Shown here: positions 63,101 to 64,000 of the stretch, piece after piece | Numbering within the stretch: the stretch's first letter is position 1 | How the letters are laid out: every line of letters begins with the position of its first letter | From: the human T2T-CHM13v2.0 reference genome, Homo sapiens | Assembly (NCBI RefSeq): GCF_009914755.1 | Contig: NC_060934.1 | Length of the DNA stretch: 64,000 nt | Direction: 5' to 3' (one strand) | The notes under the pieces: model-generated | What the model was told of the DNA's origin: nothing | Databases searched by the model: none | The model's input: the letters and a program-made list of their open reading frames with translations, nothing else | Program-made: the position numbers and the translations under genes

Positions 63101-64000
63101 ATTAAAAGTACACAGAGTCATTCGTAGAAACTAGTTTGTGATGTGTGCCTTCAACTCACAGAGTTTAACCATTCTTTTCATAGAGCAGTTTGGAAACACT
63201 GTATTTGTAAAGTCTGCAAGTGGATATTTGGACCTCTTTGAGGCCTTCGTTGGAAACGGGATTTCTTCATACAACGCTAGACAGAAGAATTCTCAGTAAC
63301 TTCTTTGTGTTGTGTGTATTCAACTCACAGAGTTGAACCTTTCTTTAGAGAGAGCAGAGTTGAAACACTCTGTTTTTGGAATTTGCAAGTGCAGATTTCA
63401 AGCGATTCTAGGCCTATGGCAGAAAAGGAAATATCTTCGTATAAAAACTACACAGAATCATTCTCAACAACTACTTTGTGATGTGTGCGTTCAACTCACA
63501 GAGTTTAACCTTTCTTTTCATAGAGCAGTTTGGAAACACTCTGTTTGTAAAGCCTGCAAGTGCTTTTTTGGACTTCATTGAGGCCTTCGTTGGAAACGGG
63601 ATTTCTTCATATAATGCTAGACAGAAGAATTCTCAGTCACTTCTTTGTGTTGTGTGTATTCAAGTCACAGAGTTGAACCTTCCTTTAGACAGAGCAGTTT
63701 TGAAAAATTCTTTCTGTGTAATTTGCAAGTGGAGATTTCAAGCGATTTGAGGCTAATCTTTGAAATGGAAATATCTTCGTGTAAAAACTACACAGAATCA
63801 TTCTCAGAAACTGCTTTGTCATCTGTGCGTTCAGTTCACAGAGTTTCACCTTTCTCTTCATAGAGCAGTTTGGAAAGACTCTGTCTGTAAAGTCTGCAAG
63901 TGATTAGTTAGACCCCTTTGAGGCCTTCGTTGGAAGCGGGATTTCTCATTTACTGCTAGACAGAAGAATTCTCAGTAAATCCTTTGTGTTGTGTGTATTC

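Larger units (their letters stand above)
1..64000 (+). repeat. Alpha-satellite higher-order repeat array, SF1 dimeric type, ~377 monomers, head-to-tail; probably human chr10 D10Z1 (S1C10H1L)
   Basis: GAATTC recurs every 338-340 bp (150, 490, 829, 1169, 1509, 1848, 2188, 2526...). Alphoid motifs (ttcaactcacagagttgaacc, gaaacactctttttgtggaatttgcaagtgg) repeat at ~170 bp, with CENP-B boxes in alternate monomers. The 6-mer/8-mer units with single RsaI (GTAC 990) and PstI (CTGCAG 2453) sites match what I recall for D10Z1. Alpha-satellite identity is certain; the chromosome assignment is ~0.8. Confidence 0.99.

Noticed and set aside
175-63863. About 180 ORFs of 63-92 aa in four or five recurring families
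   Set aside because: They are translations of alpha-satellite dimers, recur with the repeat period, overlap in different frames, mostly start at GTG/TTG, and are broken by stop SNVs in some copies (e.g. 5715, 37690, 46386). There is no coding evidence.
1-64000. CRISPR-like regular repeats or a novel prokaryotic-type system
   Set aside because: The sequence between conserved motifs is itself repeated, with no unique spacers, and there are no cas or other genes. It is eukaryotic satellite.
1-64000. Transposon insertion, inversion or non-alphoid island
   Set aside because: Unit lengths sum exactly across the window and every CENP-B box is on the same strand. No poly-A tails, target-site duplications or Alu/L1 sequence were seen.
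1-64000. Assignment to other SF1 arrays (D7Z1 6-mer, D12Z3 8-mer, D1Z7/D5Z2/D19Z3)
   Set aside because: The mixed 6-mer/8-mer structure with single RsaI and PstI sites fits D10Z1 better by recall. This is not excluded without BLAST or HMM classification against T2T centromere models.
1-64000. The order of 6/8/10/14-mers as a functional code
   Set aside because: The order is explained by nested duplications and whole-dimer deletions, and nothing in the sequence supports a function for it.

Overview
The whole 64 kb is one uninterrupted, single-orientation array of primate centromeric alpha-satellite DNA (~170-bp monomers). It has the dimeric suprachromosomal-family-1 organisation: ~340-bp EcoRI dimers with a CENP-B box in every second monomer. 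Four dimer types, labelled here A (340 bp), B (339), C (340) and D (338), make a 1357-bp 8-mer higher-order repeat (HOR) with one RsaI and one PstI site, plus a 1019-bp 6-mer. This best fits human chromosome 10 D10Z1, an assignment made from recall and not from a search. I found no genes, transposons or inversions, and all ORFs in the track are repeat artefacts. I found no new gene system. The real structure is the array's history. The canonical 8-mer is a minority (46 B-to-B intervals: 24 six-mers, 7 eight-mers, 9 ten-mers, 1 twelve-mer, 5 fourteen-mers). A 2716-bp 16-mer super-unit carries its own diagnostic SNVs. Nested duplications of 6788, 7467/7127, 3394, 4414 and ~20,029 bp can be partly ordered in time. 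There are also hybrid-monomer junctions, a CENP-B-box-dead lineage and apparent short gene-conversion tracts. All counts and comparisons were made by eye plus ORF-track spacing.
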